Origin: Octopus sinensis
Taxonomy: Eukaryota
Assembly (NCBI RefSeq): GCF_006345805.1
Contig: NC_042997.1
Span: 185,442,001-185,506,000, forward strand
Direction: 5' to 3'
DNA: 64,000 nt
Notes under the pieces: generated by a model
Databases searched by the model: none
What the model was told of the DNA's origin: nothing
What the model saw: only the letters and a program-made list of their open reading frames with translations
Translations under genes and position numbers: made by a program
In this document: piece after piece, positions 13,000 through 26,098 of the stretch
Position numbering within the stretch: the stretch's first letter is position 1
Layout of the letters: each line of letters opens with the position of its first letter

Positions 13000-13208
13000 C
13001 ATAAATACATACATATACACAGAGGCACGTCTATATATACTTGCGCATAACCACATTTATAACTATCGATGTGTCTATCTATCGACAGATCTCAATGCAT
13101 CTATCCATCCATCTAGGTATGTGCTCTGAGAGAGTGGGCTTTATATACCAATACTTAGTCTATGTGAATGTATGTATATATGTATGTTTTGTATATGTAT
13201 ATATAAAA

Positions 13209-13264
<56 letters not shown>

Positions 13265-14160
13265 GAAGAGATGGAGTGAGACACAGAGATGGAGACAAAT
13301 AGAGAGAGTGGAGAGAAAGTGTGAACTAAACTTACAGCAGAAATCTGTGAATGCTTATTGATCTATGTGTGTGGTATTTTAACTAGGTTTGTGTGGTTAA
13401 ATATCTATATCAGAAGTAGCTAGACAACTTTTCTATTGGAATCACCAGGATGAGCACATTTAGAAGCTACGGTTATTGATACACACCTACTTATATATCA
13501 AGCATAGAGTGGATTATTCAAGATAGAGGAATAGGTTAAGTATATATAAAGTTAATGGCATAAATATAATCATTTATTTATTATTACGTTTACTTTATAT
13601 TATGCTTTTGTGAGCAATAGTGTCGTTGTTTTATAGGTTTCCAATGTCTCAACCATTAACCACTTTATTATTTTGATTACGTGTGTGTCAAGTCTTTGTT
13701 CTTACAATTCGTGTTGAACAACATAGTACAAGGCATTCTCTCCGATCTCGTGTGTGTGTGTGTTTGTGTGTGTTTGTCTCCATCCTTCTCTAATTCCCTT
13801 TTCTCCCCACCCTCCTTCACCGTTTACTGTCTCATTTTCTCTCCCTTCCTTTTCTTTTACTCTCTCTCTCTCTCTCTCGTTGCTCACACGTGACCATCGC
13901 CCATCTTTCTTTTCCTTGTGTGACCATCTTTCTTTTCCTGCCCGGATGTTCAAAAGAATGGATATTTTTTTTGTTTCTCTCTCTCTTTTCTCTTTTCAAA
14001 AAAATGTTTCCACAGCGTTCGCAATTTTCCTCTCGTTCTGGTCAAGCGACCCTCCATGTTTGTTTCGTTCGGTTTCCTTGTATGTCTCCACTGTCATGTT
14101 TTAGTTCCTAACTTTGACCCTCTATAAATCTTAAATTTTATTTAAAATTTATGGGAGCTA

Positions 14161-14300
14161 CTGTCTTCGAAGAAGCATATTGCTAAATGCTCGAAATGAC
14201 GAGTAGAAAGATAGACGACAATTGGTGAAGGGTCCTTTCTCTCTATTTACTTGTCCTGTTTTCCATTTTTTCTTGTTGTTTACGTATTTAAAATATTTTT
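14161..14300 (+). mobile_element. PLE terminal fragment with degenerate hammerhead motif
   Basis: TCTT-C(.)GAAGA-AGCAT..ATGCT-CGAAAT-GACGA-GTA-GAAAGA. The core lacks the U of CUGA. Confidence 0.45.
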
Positions 14301-14474
14301 AAATACTCATATATAAATATGCAGGCAAAATAGAAAGCATCAATATAATATAAGAATTATTGAATTCACGCGGTAATTATTAATTCAAACGATAATATAC
14401 AAGGTAATAAACATTCACAAGTTACAGCACGGAGTCCAGTGGAAAGTCTGAAATTATAAAATATTAAAAGGACA

Positions 14475-14680
14475 TACTAATACACGAAGATAATGTTCCA
14501 TCGACGGGCCGTTTCGGAGACGTATCAGAGAATGACATAAATTTCATATTTTAATGAAACAGACACTCCCCTCATCAGGATGCTTCACAACACGAAAGAC
14601 ACAATGAAAATGATGATGGAAGTGTCTGTTTCATTCTCCGAAACGGCCCGTCGGTGGAACATTATCTTCGTATATTAGTA
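14475..14680. repeat. Inverted repeat pair of PLE termini, each carrying a hammerhead
   Basis: TACTAATACACGAAGATAATGTTCCATCGACGGGCCGTTTCGGAGA (14475-14520) is the reverse complement of 14636-14680 with 2 mismatches. The plus copy has ATGATGA instead of CTGATGA. Confidence 0.85.
14499..14582 (-). ncRNA. Type I minimal hammerhead ribozyme with intact core, PLE-associated
   Basis: Minus strand reads CATC-CTGATGA-GGGGA[extended stem-loop]TCTCC-GAAAC-G GCC C-GTC-GATG. Stem I is CATC/GATG, stem II GGGGA/TCTCC, stem III ACG/CGT. Cleavage triplet GUC; predicted cut between 14503 and 14502. Confidence 0.7.
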
Positions 14681-14689
14681 TTATATAAT

Positions 14690-15075
14690 CCTTTCTATTA
14701 AAGTTACCAGGCCTGAACTGAAATTTGGTGGGAAGGGAAAGTCGATGACATCGACCCCAATGTTTCATGGTACTTAATTTATCAACCCCAAAAGGATGAA
14801 AGGCAAAGTCAACCTCGGCGGAATTTGAACTCAGAAGGTAGCGACGGGCGAAGTACCACTAAGCATTTCGTCCAGCGTGCTAATGATTCTGCTAGCTCAC
14901 TGCCCTAAATATATAATAGTAATAAGAATCCCTTCTGCTAATAGCACAAGACATGGAATTTAGAGGAGAGGTAGTAAATCGATCACATCGACCCCAGTAC
15001 TTGACTGGTACTTAATTTATCGATTCCGAAAGGATGAAAGGCAAAGTTGACCTTGGCGGAATTTGAACTCAGTAC
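14690..15075 (-). mobile_element. Two tandem SINE family B copies, older variant
   Basis: GGATGAAAGGCAAAGT..ACCT.GGCGGAATTTGAACTCAG occurs at about 14794 and 15032. Confidence 0.85.
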
Positions 15076-15744
15076 AGAGTGACAGGCCGTAGTGCCAAAA
15101 TAAAGAAACATTGGCGGGGGATTGCGCTCTCAGGGTGCCCTTATATTATTATTATTATTAGTATTATCAGAAACAGAAAGGAGTTCCGCAAGAAAACCCA
15201 CATCCGAAGAACCCCGAGATATAATGATATGTACAGTAGTGGCCGAACAAAAGCATAGGAGCTCTTAAACGCGCGTAAAGAGGTTTTTACCCTAAATACA
15301 TTAAACAAATATAATACATATATGCTCAGTGCTAGTTGCTCATGTTGAAGTTTGTATTTAAGAAATGATCTTTTTAACCCACTCACCTAGGCCTCTACTG
15401 AATGAGAGAAGTATTATTAGAATAATATAAAAGTTAAACCAGAGAAATTTCAGTATCGAATGTTTGTTTGTGATTTTATATATTGATAAAATTCTTTATC
15501 ACATAACACTCTCTTCAGAAGAGAATTTTTCTGAGCCTGTGTGAAAAACAAAGATTGTATATCTATTTTCTAGAAATCTCCTAATTCTTGAAATCTCATT
15601 CTATCTTCAGTAAAAAAAAAACGCGAAATAATCTTTCTCATTATAGTTTTAATTACATAAATATTCATTGATAATAAAATATATATGATAATGAGAGCTT
15701 TAAATAATCATTGATACAATATTATAAGTATTTGATATCATAAG

Positions 15745-16030
15745 CCAGTGAGCTGGTAGAAGAGTTACTTCTACGTACAAAATGGTTAGCAGCATTTCTT
15801 CCGGTTCTTTATATTCTGAGTTCAAATTCTGCCGAGGTCAGCTACGCCCTTCATCGATAAAATAAAGTACAATCAAGTACTGCATAAATTAAAGTACAAG
15901 CAAGTGATGCTGAGTGGCATTTCGACCGCCTTTATGTCCTGCCTTGGGATTCCACTGAAGTGAACTTTATCTTTTAACATTTCAGCATGGATGAAATAAT
16001 TAGCAGATTAGCACTGTGATCAAACCTGCT
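15745..16030 (+). mobile_element. Degenerate SINE family B copies
   Basis: GTGAGCTGGTAGAA...TTCTGAGTTCAAATTCTGCCGAGGTCAGC. Confidence 0.6.
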
Positions 16031-17674
16031 AGCTTTGAGCTTAATTTAAAACCATTATTAGAAATAGTAGGGAATGGTACTTTCGCAGTTTGGATACTTT
16101 TGGTTTGAGATCTAAAGTACAAAACCAAGAACTCATAGGAACGATTGTGGGAGCCTCTACCAAGTCAGCAAAAATTAATAAGCAAATCTCCTTCCCATTA
16201 CACGATGACATCTAAAAATAATGGAAAGGTACAGGAAATATTGTTATATACAATGCGTCCGATAAGGAATGTTTCATTCTGACGATCACGTCCGCTAGGC
16301 ATTTGAACTTTGATCCACTCGAGCAGGTTTGAATGGGTTAAAAGAACAACACATGTATCTCGTATAGCAGAAAACAATTTCTTTGGAAAACCAAACGAAA
16401 TTCATTTTAGAAGCACTATACTTACGGAATAAATATAATCAGTAACGTCAATATTAGTAGAAATAGCGATTTTGTAGCGAATGTAGTTAGTAGAAGAAGC
16501 TGTGTAGAAAGTTGGTCGACGTCTTCCAGCTACGAAAATCTTTTAGTTGACATAGAAACTGCGCTAACCCGCCACCCCAGGTTATTAGAAAATATCTCTG
16601 TATGTAATATACATTATTGGAAAACAAAACAACAACAAAAACAAAAAACGGATGTGATATCAGCAGTGACAGCAATATTGATGTACCGATAACAACAGTA
16701 GGGGTTTATGCGTGTTCATATATTCTAATAGAGAAAAACAGTCTTCGGCTACAAAAGAGAACTTTGCAGAAATCATGTAGTAGGTATAATACATTAGACT
16801 ATCGAACAATTTCATTGAATCAAGGAAGAAGATGGTCGCCAAATTTATAATAGCGCCGGTTTGAGATCATCGTAAATATCCAATCAGAAGTCATACCTCT
16901 GATAACGACTGAATATTAGCTATGTGCCAATATATGCACATGTGTGTATATATATGTATGTATGTGTGTGTATATACATTCACAAACCGACAAACACACG
17001 CATACAAATACACACAGGCATATATACGTAAATACATCAATTTATGTGTATGCGTGTATAAAGAGAGAGAGAAAAAGTGAAAAAGAGAAACAAAATGATT
17101 ATGAATATGTGTGTGCGTGCGTGTGTGTGTGTGTGTGTGTATTTTATGTATCATAGATTGCTTTATCCTATGATGCAAGTTATTTTAATTCCTAACGTTG
17201 ATAAATGTCTTCAGTGGTACTTTCACTAAACCAAATGTACAAAAAAAAATAATAACAATGCCAGAAGAACACAAGAATATAAGACATTGAACAAAATGAT
17301 ATCATTAATCACGCTGGCCAGCAAATGCATATGATTAGATCTCCCTCACACACTGCTCTTTCTTTCTTTCTTTCTTTCTTCCTTTCTTTCTTTCTATGTA
17401 TGTTTATGTATATATATATATGTATACATATATATATGTATATATGTATATATATATATATGTGTGTGTATGTGTGTGTGTGTGTGTGTGTGTATAATTT
17501 TATATCTATAATGTGTTTATATATATATATATAAAGTGAGAGAGACAGACAGAAATAGATAAATCTATCTTTCCATATAGTTGTCTCTCTTTGCTGCTAT
17601 CTCTCTCTCCGTCGCTTTTCCTCCGCTGTCCGCCATTTCTCTGTCCCGTCTTTCTATATATATATGCATAATAT

Positions 17675-17722
<48 letters not shown>

Positions 17723-18049
17723 CATTAATAAATATTTATCCAGATCACAGCGTGTGTTAAAAATCCCAATATAAATTTAAATTAGTCAACCTACAGTCTT
17801 TGGCCGAATCACTGGGTTTTTAAACAGTTGTGAATACATATCCTTAGACACCTACACTTGAACATGGGAGATTGATTTTTATTTCACGGTTTGTTGACCA
17901 CTCAACAGATGAAAAGTATGTGCTCATACATACATACATATGTGAGCCCACGGATATATGTGTAAACGTGCGCATGCACAAGTATTTGTATGTAATCATA
18001 TGCAAATGTTTATATGTGCTTATATAGAAAAAGAAGTTGAGTGTGCACT

Positions 18050-19000
18050 GGGATTCGTTTAGAGTTTTTATTAAAATGTTTTTAAAGACCTAACCGGTTT
18101 CACAGATTTTTCTGATTTTCAAAAGTTGAGAGAAAAAGACATGGAGCTATGCTGCAACTGTCTTGCTCCTGGTTGGAATTCACAATGTGTCTTGTTTTTA
18201 TAGAGAGAACATGGCTCAAATAAATATCGGTTTTGTATACGTTTTAATTTGTTGAGGATCATGACGTGATCAGGTTTTAGAAATTTTTGTATCTTCTCCG
18301 CTACGTCCGTTCCTTAATGACATGTGACAATATGTTTGGCGTCGTTAGTTAAAGCTGTCACGTATGTCAAATGTAGCACGGCAAAATCTCATAATTAGTA
18401 GTAATCTTAGAAAATGTTGTAGGTTCCCCCCTCCGTCCGTGCGTTAATATGTGACAATATTTTTTACTCCGAAAATCAAGGTTGGCATGATTGAATGAAC
18501 CTGCCTAGTGATAATTCCAAAATAAAGTTCTCTAAACTTAATCTAACAAGTGTTAGAGTGGACATAAGTTGTTTTTTTAATGCAATCTAGTGGTTGAATA
18601 GCCATTGTTTGTGCTTATGTATGCAAGCATCAAATTTTGCTATCAAATGCTTCTTTTCTAACCATTCAACACTTATGTGTATGTAGAATTTGCCAGTTAA
18701 TAGTCGCAATTGTGTCCATAGTTTAGGGTGTTAGCTGTATAAATTCGACATGTCAAGCAGTAGAATGAGTGAATGTAGTTTGTTGAAGTTTATTCAGTTT
18801 GGGATTGTACTTTTCTATGACTATATATTTTCTTTGTTTATCTGTGCTTGGACCGTGGTATTGGCTGAAAAAAGGTAAAGTGGAAAAACTTGAAACATGG
18901 AAGACTTATTTTTTGCACATATGTCTATGTATCCACTTAGTGGTATCTGCCTCATACTGGGGTCTCGTATTTGTTGTCTATGAACAGTAAGTCGATTTCT
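18050..19000 (-). mobile_element. Penelope-like element fossil: GIY-YIG endonuclease region plus 3' terminus
   Basis: Minus-strand remnants KQRKYIV..NYIHSF..TINWQILH resemble the PLE endonuclease. Degenerate hammerhead TTGAAAA-TCAG..CTGT-GAAACCGGTTA at 18088-18125. Confidence 0.5.
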
Positions 19001-19668
19001 ACGAGTGAGTTTTGCTTGATCTCGGGTTTCAGTTGCAGAAGATCTTCTTGATTGTGTCGGGAACGAAGAAAACTTTTTGAAAACCTTGCGTAGCCCTCTG
19101 AGCGGGTATTGCCAAGCTTTGGCAAAATTTGATGCAGGTTCTCTGCCCAAATTTCTCTGTCATGGTCAATACGACGATCTCACGCTACACAACTTCCTTC
19201 CAAACACTGCTGTAAACAGCGGGAGAGAGCTAGACCGTTAAAACTTAGTGCACTTGCACACTAGAGTTTAAGGTCAATCTATGCCAAGCAGCTTTACTCT
19301 GCGTGCTTTAGCTCCATTACTATGGCAATAGTCCGGATACTTATTGATCAGAGCAAGTTTTATATATATATATAATATATATATATATATATAATAAACA
19401 CGCGCGCACACGCACACACAAAAACACACACATGTTTGTATGTGCGTACGTTCGTGTATTTGTGTGTGTGTACATATATATACGTATATATACACACGGT
19501 TATATACGTATATGTATGTTCATATCAATATATTCTTTCGTTCTGTTATTCGCTTCAGGCATGCAGCCGCATACGTATGTAAAAGGTATATTGATAGACA
19601 GAAAGATAGATTGATATATACATACATACATACGTGTGTGAATATCCATATATAGATTATATGTATAG

Positions 19669-19714
<46 letters not shown>

Positions 19715-20314
19715 ATATTAATATAATACATGATTATATAACCATGAGTATATATCTATTTGTCTGTCTGTGTATCAGTTCATCTTTTCTGCATGACTAT
19801 ATGCATTTATATATGTATGTGAACGCGTATGTATACATTTGTATGCATATATTCATTTTACATATACATGTATATACATAGATGGAAGCGCATGGATGTG
19901 TAGATATATGCCTGATTATGTATCGGATGACAGATAGAGAGAAAATATAAATGGTTGGAGGAAAAACTGTGCGTAAAATTATAGCATTTAAGAAGCAAGG
20001 TAACTGAAGAATGAAGTGCAAAGCCAAGGAACTAAATAATAGAGAGGCAAGCGAATATTATCGATTTGAAGAGATTTTTATAATAGTAAAACTAATAAGG
20101 AAAAATATATTTGCCGGCTTAATAAGTGTAGTAGTAATAGACACATTATCAGTGTCAGTATTAATACCAATGGCTGCAACAATAGCTGTAGTGACAGTAA
20201 GAGTAATAATAACTACAACCGTGACTTCATTTTAAGGTGTACGAGGCAGCAAGATTATGCCAGACGAATTGACACCATTCTCAGTTTAAGGTATGAGTTC
20301 ATAACCATATGTAG

Positions 20315-20404
20315 GTCTATCTATCGATTTATCTATCTATCTGTTTGTCTGTCTGTAGGTTTGTGATCTGTCTGTTTATCTATCTATCTATCTATCTATC
20401 TATG

Positions 20405-20437
<33 letters not shown>

Positions 20438-20499
20438 GTTTATCTATCTATCTATCTGTTTATCTATCTATCTATCTGTTTATCTATCTATCTATCTGT

Positions 20500-20569
<70 letters not shown>

Positions 20570-20571
20570 GT

Positions 20572-20613
<42 letters not shown>

Positions 20614-20642
20614 GTCTCTATCTATCTATCTATCTATCTGTC

Positions 20643-20697
<55 letters not shown>

Positions 20698-20716
20698 GTT
20701 TGCTTGTCTGTCTGCC

Positions 20717-20764
<48 letters not shown>

Positions 20765-20996
20765 GTTTGTCTGTCTCTCTGATTGTCTGTTTATCTATCT
20801 ATCTCTCAGACTGTCTGTATTTCTACCTACCTAACTACTAACCTATCTGTTTGTCTATCTCTCTGTCTACCTGTCTGTCTGTCTGATTGTTTATCTATCT
20901 ATCTGTTTGTCTGTCTGTTTGTCTACTTGCCTCTCTGTTTGTTTATCTATCTGTCTGTCTGTCTGTATTTCTACATACCTACCTACCTACCTACCA

Positions 20997-21052
<56 letters not shown>

Positions 21053-21162
21053 GTTTGTCTGTCTGCCTATTTATCTATTTATCGCTGTCTGTCTGTTTGT
21101 CTGTCTGTATTTCTACCTACCTACCTATCTATCTATCTACCTATACCTCTCTCTCTCTCTCT
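20315..21162. repeat. (ATCT)n/(GTCT)n tetranucleotide array, about 850 bp
   Basis: Seen directly in the sequence. Confidence 0.95.
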
Positions 21163-21639
21163 CGCTTTGTATGTATGTATATATAAGACGATTCGATGAA
21201 TAAAGAAAATAATGCATGTACAAATTTTTGGTTATTAGTTTTATTTATATATAGTATAATTAAATTGAATATGTGCGACATATGTTTCGCTATGTGGTTT
21301 TCATTTGCTTTCAGTTTGTTCATCCGGTTGCAGCTTTATTGAAAATATTGTACCCCGTTGTGGTTTGAAATTTCAAGCCACATTATTGCAAGATATCCAT
21401 GTACCCGAAACGTAAATCTGATAAATTGAAATTAAATATACTGATTAACTAATTTTAAAGATAAAAGAATGCATAAATTTATTCTTATTCTTATGCATTG
21501 AAATATCTTGGATATACACTCTGTAAACTATTTTAAATCCAGAGAAGCGAAATCAGGATTTACCCATCGGATGAAATACTTCTAGTCTGTTCCTTAGCAT
21601 TCGTTGTGATTAGCCATATCTTGGATTATAATAGAGTTC

Positions 21640-22430
21640 TCAAACGGTACCCTCCAATATTAAAGCATCTATTTGCGAAATGACTAAATCCTTCAACAAT
21701 AAAATTCTTCATATTTATGAAGCAAACAGACACTCGGTGTAATTTTTAAATTCACAATCAACAAACTGTTTTCTCTCTCAAGAATGTTCCAATGATCTGA
21801 AAAGATAATAATCGGATAGAATAAGACTGCGTGAGTATGGAAGATTCATTGCTCTCCAGAAATTTGTTACTCGGGGAGAACGAAGATTATGTTTCACTAT
21901 ACATGGAAGCATTATAGAAAACAAAACCCAGAAGGTGCAGTTTTCTTATCATTTCATAGGCCATAATGTAAGGGAGTGAAAGACCAATTCAGCTCAAGTA
22001 GGAAGATGCTTGAAATCTGTTCTGGCTCAAAGAACCTTTATCACATGTGGCAGGCTCTATGCTACGGCCGACGTCAGATTTTTCACGGAGATTAAAGCAA
22101 GAAATCTCTCACGATGAAGAATTAATCCCGATGCTTTCATATCGTGATCAACGCGTGGCGGAGGTGAATGTAGGAGATTAACGGGCAGAAATAAATATTT
22201 ATTGAAGTACTGGTCAGCGATAGGGATAAAGTTCTTGGTCCAAACATATCAATAGGACTTCCAAGCTATCATCTATCTCTTATATTTGACAGGTTGAATC
22301 CTTTTGTTGATAGTAGGGTGCCGAAACTCAAGATACCACTTCTGTGGCGCTATCCACTCATCCAAGGACTTCCTGCTTGCAACAGAGGTCAATTGGAAGA
22401 TCCTCTTGGACTGCTGCCAACGTTTCAGCC
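21640..22430 (+). mobile_element. Possible highly degraded DIRS-like retroelement (RT and tyrosine-recombinase remnants)
   Basis: Faint remnants across frames: MTK..LHI, IRL.EY-EDSLL (YLDD-like), DTTSVALSTH..EVN(L)EDPL.TAA (AHSTR..GV.IEDIL-like). Confidence 0.2.
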
Positions 22431-22570
22431 TCAAAAACAAGAATAACAAAAGCAGCAGTTACAACAGTAAAATCATCAACACAAGCTGAAAAAAAAAAAA
22501 CGAAAGCATTAGCAGCATCCGTAGTACTAGCAGTAGCAGCGGCAGAAACAAGAGCAACAACAGCAGAAGT

Positions 22571-22760
22571 GGAGGCGCAATGGCCTAATGGTTAGGGCAG
22601 TGGACTCACGGTCGTAAGAACGCGGTTTCGATTCCCAGACCGGGCATTGTTAGTGTTTATTGAGCAAAAACATCTAAACTCCAAGAGGCTCCGGTAGGGT
22701 GGGCGGTGAACTCCGCTGTACCCTTTCACCACAACTTTCTCTCACTCTTTCTTCCTACTT
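22571..22760 (+). mobile_element. SINE family C, 5' part
   Basis: tRNA-like head GGAGGCGCAATGGCCTAATGGTTAGGGCAGTGGACTC...GGTTTCGATTCCCAGACCGGGC; matches 34098-34406. Confidence 0.85.
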
Positions 22761-23444
22761 CTGCCACAAAGCAGAGGAACCATGGTGTAACTCACTATGG
22801 TGTGGTAAACTTTCAGACCCTAGTCAAAATTGCGTATCCTCTGTACCCCAGGATGGTTCAGCTCTCCACCCGTTAAAAGCCACCGTTTACGGAATGAGGA
22901 TAACAACGTAGTTTTGGCGCCCGTGCAACCGCCGGTCTATCGCGTATGGTGGGTGGATCTTCAAGTTGCCACATGCATTCTTAGTAGCTTAGAGTAGGCT
23001 CGAATTAGAGATTATTCTTTGTGGCTAGTGGCGTGAGTCGTGATTGGAAGAAGACAACAGCATCAACAACAACAGTGACAGCGAAGATAATAACAGGACC
23101 CCACTAACAAAACCGACTAGAACAGAACGCACGCACCATTGAACCACCCTAAAAGCGTCGCGTACAGCACCACACAAACGCAGACACTGAAACACACAAG
23201 GCTATGACTCTCTCCTCCAGCACTATAGAAAGAAGGGGACGAAGCAAAACTAAAAGTATATAAAGCGTTAATCTTCCAAATATCTCGGAAGTATGAAGAA
23301 GCGGTAGTTCTCCTCTCAAACAGCCATTGACTGACATCTCCATGACCAATGCCTTTAGAAAAAAACATAAACAACCAAACATGCGACTACTTCATCAACA
23401 CAACCACCACCAACAACAACAACAACAACCAAAGCACACACACA

Positions 23445-25210
23445 ACTCGTATGTCTCGACTAGGGTAGCTCTACCGGATTTTTTCAGGTATCTGAAAGTG
23501 TTATTGGGAACGATACGCTATTTAATAATTATTGGTGACTGGAATGGCATCTTTGACACACAACGCGGTTGTGGAACTAGCCGACAGAAAAAGAGATATA
23601 AAATCTGTACAAATCTATTCAGATGATTCCGGTTGAAAAATATTATTTGGATTTCCTGAATATAACACAGTGGACATGGGATAAACGAATAGAATCATCC
23701 AAATTATACATAAATAGGGCATCTATTAAATCTGTAGATATGGATAGTGAAGAATGTGCAAAATTTCAGCTGGTCGGTTCCAATAAAATCCACAGCTTTG
23801 TGATCTGCACGGTTGATCTAAATGGAATTTGTGAACTAGAAGTTCAAAGCGCAGTTCTTAGCACGTTAAACCCTATAAACACTGGAATAGTAATTTGAGA
23901 GAGCGGCAACTGACAGGGACGGTTGCCGACAACCGGCGGTGGGACGCATTGAAGAGGGTGAATCAAGAAGAATCGGTAAGGTTTTGAAAAGATGTTTTTA
24001 AAACATCATCAAATATTTTTTCTACGAGTAAAAACAATATGAAATGATGTTTGAAATAGTAAATTACAAGATCCGATTGAGAAAGACATTGTGACCGACA
24101 TTCTTGCGATAAGAATGACATTTGACGAAACTTGAAGGATGTTTATCAAAGCTAAAGCATGTGCTCTACGTCATGAGGAAACAAACGTGTTCAATGAGCA
24201 ATGGTGGTAAAAGTGCAACGCAGAAGGACAGTTCTAACCAAAAATGTGCAGCTTTTCAACAGTTATGTTAAAATCCGCTGGGGAGCTGATTTCCACCCCT
24301 GTTAAGTTTCTATTCTCTGTCTCAAATCCCGATGTCTGATCTATCATATTCATATTTTAATGAGGTTTTCACTGTTGCATTCCACCATATTATGAGTGGC
24401 TATGACCTCTAAAATGATGTGGGTTTTTATCTCTTCGTTCTCAGAATTATGCTTCCAGAACATCTCATTACACTGCCTTGGATGCATCATGTCTCATGGT
24501 AAATAATACTACGATGACATTTTTGGACAACTGCTTATGGTATGGGTGATATCTTGGAAGTTAACTGCACAAATTCTGCATTGCTTATCAAATTTTAGTG
24601 ATTTTCCTGCACCTCTGTCCCTTTTATGCATCAGGTATTTGGTTAATGTTTCCTTTTCCTGTTTTGATAACGCAAATGAACCAGCATTTCGTTCAACTAT
24701 TCGTATTGAGAGGTGAAACGAAGAAGGTGGTGGACGTTACTACCTACTTCAGTGATCTGACGTGATCCAGCGATATACGCAGTACTATGGAAAGCTTATA
24801 ACATCAGTCGACTTACTGTATATGATAAATGATTCTGAAAGGCGTATATCGCTTGGTTTGGATTGTGAGGGGCCCATCTCAGTTGCCCTACAAGATTTTC
24901 GCAAGTGTAAGAGGCTTGTTCACCGACGTCTTGGTAGGCTCTACTGCAACTGGGAAATAATGGAATAATTCCCAGTTCTGTTATCCGAACATTGGTGCCC
25001 TGAGGAAGGGTGTAAGCAAAAGAGAAACAACAAATAATTTCCGGCATATAACTCTGCAAGCACTCGTTCATGTGGAGTTATGCCGAACTGCTGTTCTCAC
25101 ATGTAAGACTTATCCGACTAACAGCCGAGTCCATCCTGAAGATCGTCCCACCACCGTATTTGGACAGCTAAGTCAAGTAGTTTTTCTGTCTGGTGAGTAT
25201 GGAGGACACA
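23445..25210 (+). mobile_element. L1/Tx1-clade LINE ORF2 fossil, internally deleted or interrupted
   Basis: AP-endonuclease remnant DFFRYLKVLLGTIRYLIIIGDWNGIFD..QWTW..SKLYINRA..HSFVICTVDL. C-terminal remnants near 24850-25200 (GPISVA..RLTAESILKIVPPP..VVFLS). Confidence 0.7.
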
Positions 25211-25636
25211 GGTTGTGTGGACTGATTTCATGCAAAAGATTTTTTCCATGGCTGTTTTTTCTCTTTCTTTTTTACTCTCTGAGAGAGAAAAAGATTCTTT
25301 CAAAAGCAATAACTGAATCAAGAATAACATCTTGAATTTTGATTAAATTTTAATGGATAGACTACATCGATGCAATATAATTGAAAAGGATCCTCTTTCT
25401 CTCTGTCTTTCTCTATCTTCCCCTCCATTCTTTGCTTTTCTTTCTCTTTCTCGATTTCCCCCTCTCTTTCTCCCCATCTTAAAAAAAAATGTAAATCATC
25501 CGCTCTTCGATTGATATAAAAGACGAGAAAACGTTGTGTTTTGTTATCTTGGTCTTAATTGTTCTGGAAGTGTTCATTTAAACGAACGAAACGCTAATAA
25601 AGAATTATCCAAAATTCTGACTTCCACATTTTTTCT

Positions 25637-25900
25637 TAAATATATACATATATCTCGGAAGTAGAGAATGGAGTATGTAAACACATTATACATGCTTCCA
25701 ACGGAAACTGAACGAAAGCTATGTATTAAGGTATTAAATATGTACTTAGCTTTCCCCTTTTCCAGGTACTCAAACCATAAAGGTACTCAAAGCATAAGTG
25801 TAACAATTTGAGCTACATAACTTCCATTCGGCTTCCCTTGGAAACATATGTAGTACGTTCTTATCTACTCCATTCCAACCTATTTATACACGTATATTTA
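25637..25900. repeat. Degenerate inverted repeat with ~90 bp arms, MITE-like
   Basis: GAATGGAGTATGTAA..CATGCTTCCAACGGAAACTGAACGAAAGCTATGTA pairs with TACATAACTTCCATTCGGCTTCCCTTGGAAACAT..TACTCCCATTC. Confidence 0.6.
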
Positions 25901-26098
25901 GCAACATTTTCTATAGTGGCTGTCATATGAATCTCTAATTCGACATTGTACAATGTGCTCAACATACATTGAGTAATAAACTTAATGAATATTATCTGCC
26001 TTATGTTATCTATACAAGCCGTGTCTGTGCTTGAGATTAACGAAGCGGTTGTAACATGATGATATTCGATCTCTGTACTTTATTATTAAGCATAGATC

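Noticed and set aside
22571-22645. tRNA-like sequences here and at 34330-34406, 41895, 48849, 60923 and 62767
   Set aside because: They continue into SINE bodies, several with TSDs, and lack a proper acceptor stem, so they are SINE heads rather than tRNA genes.
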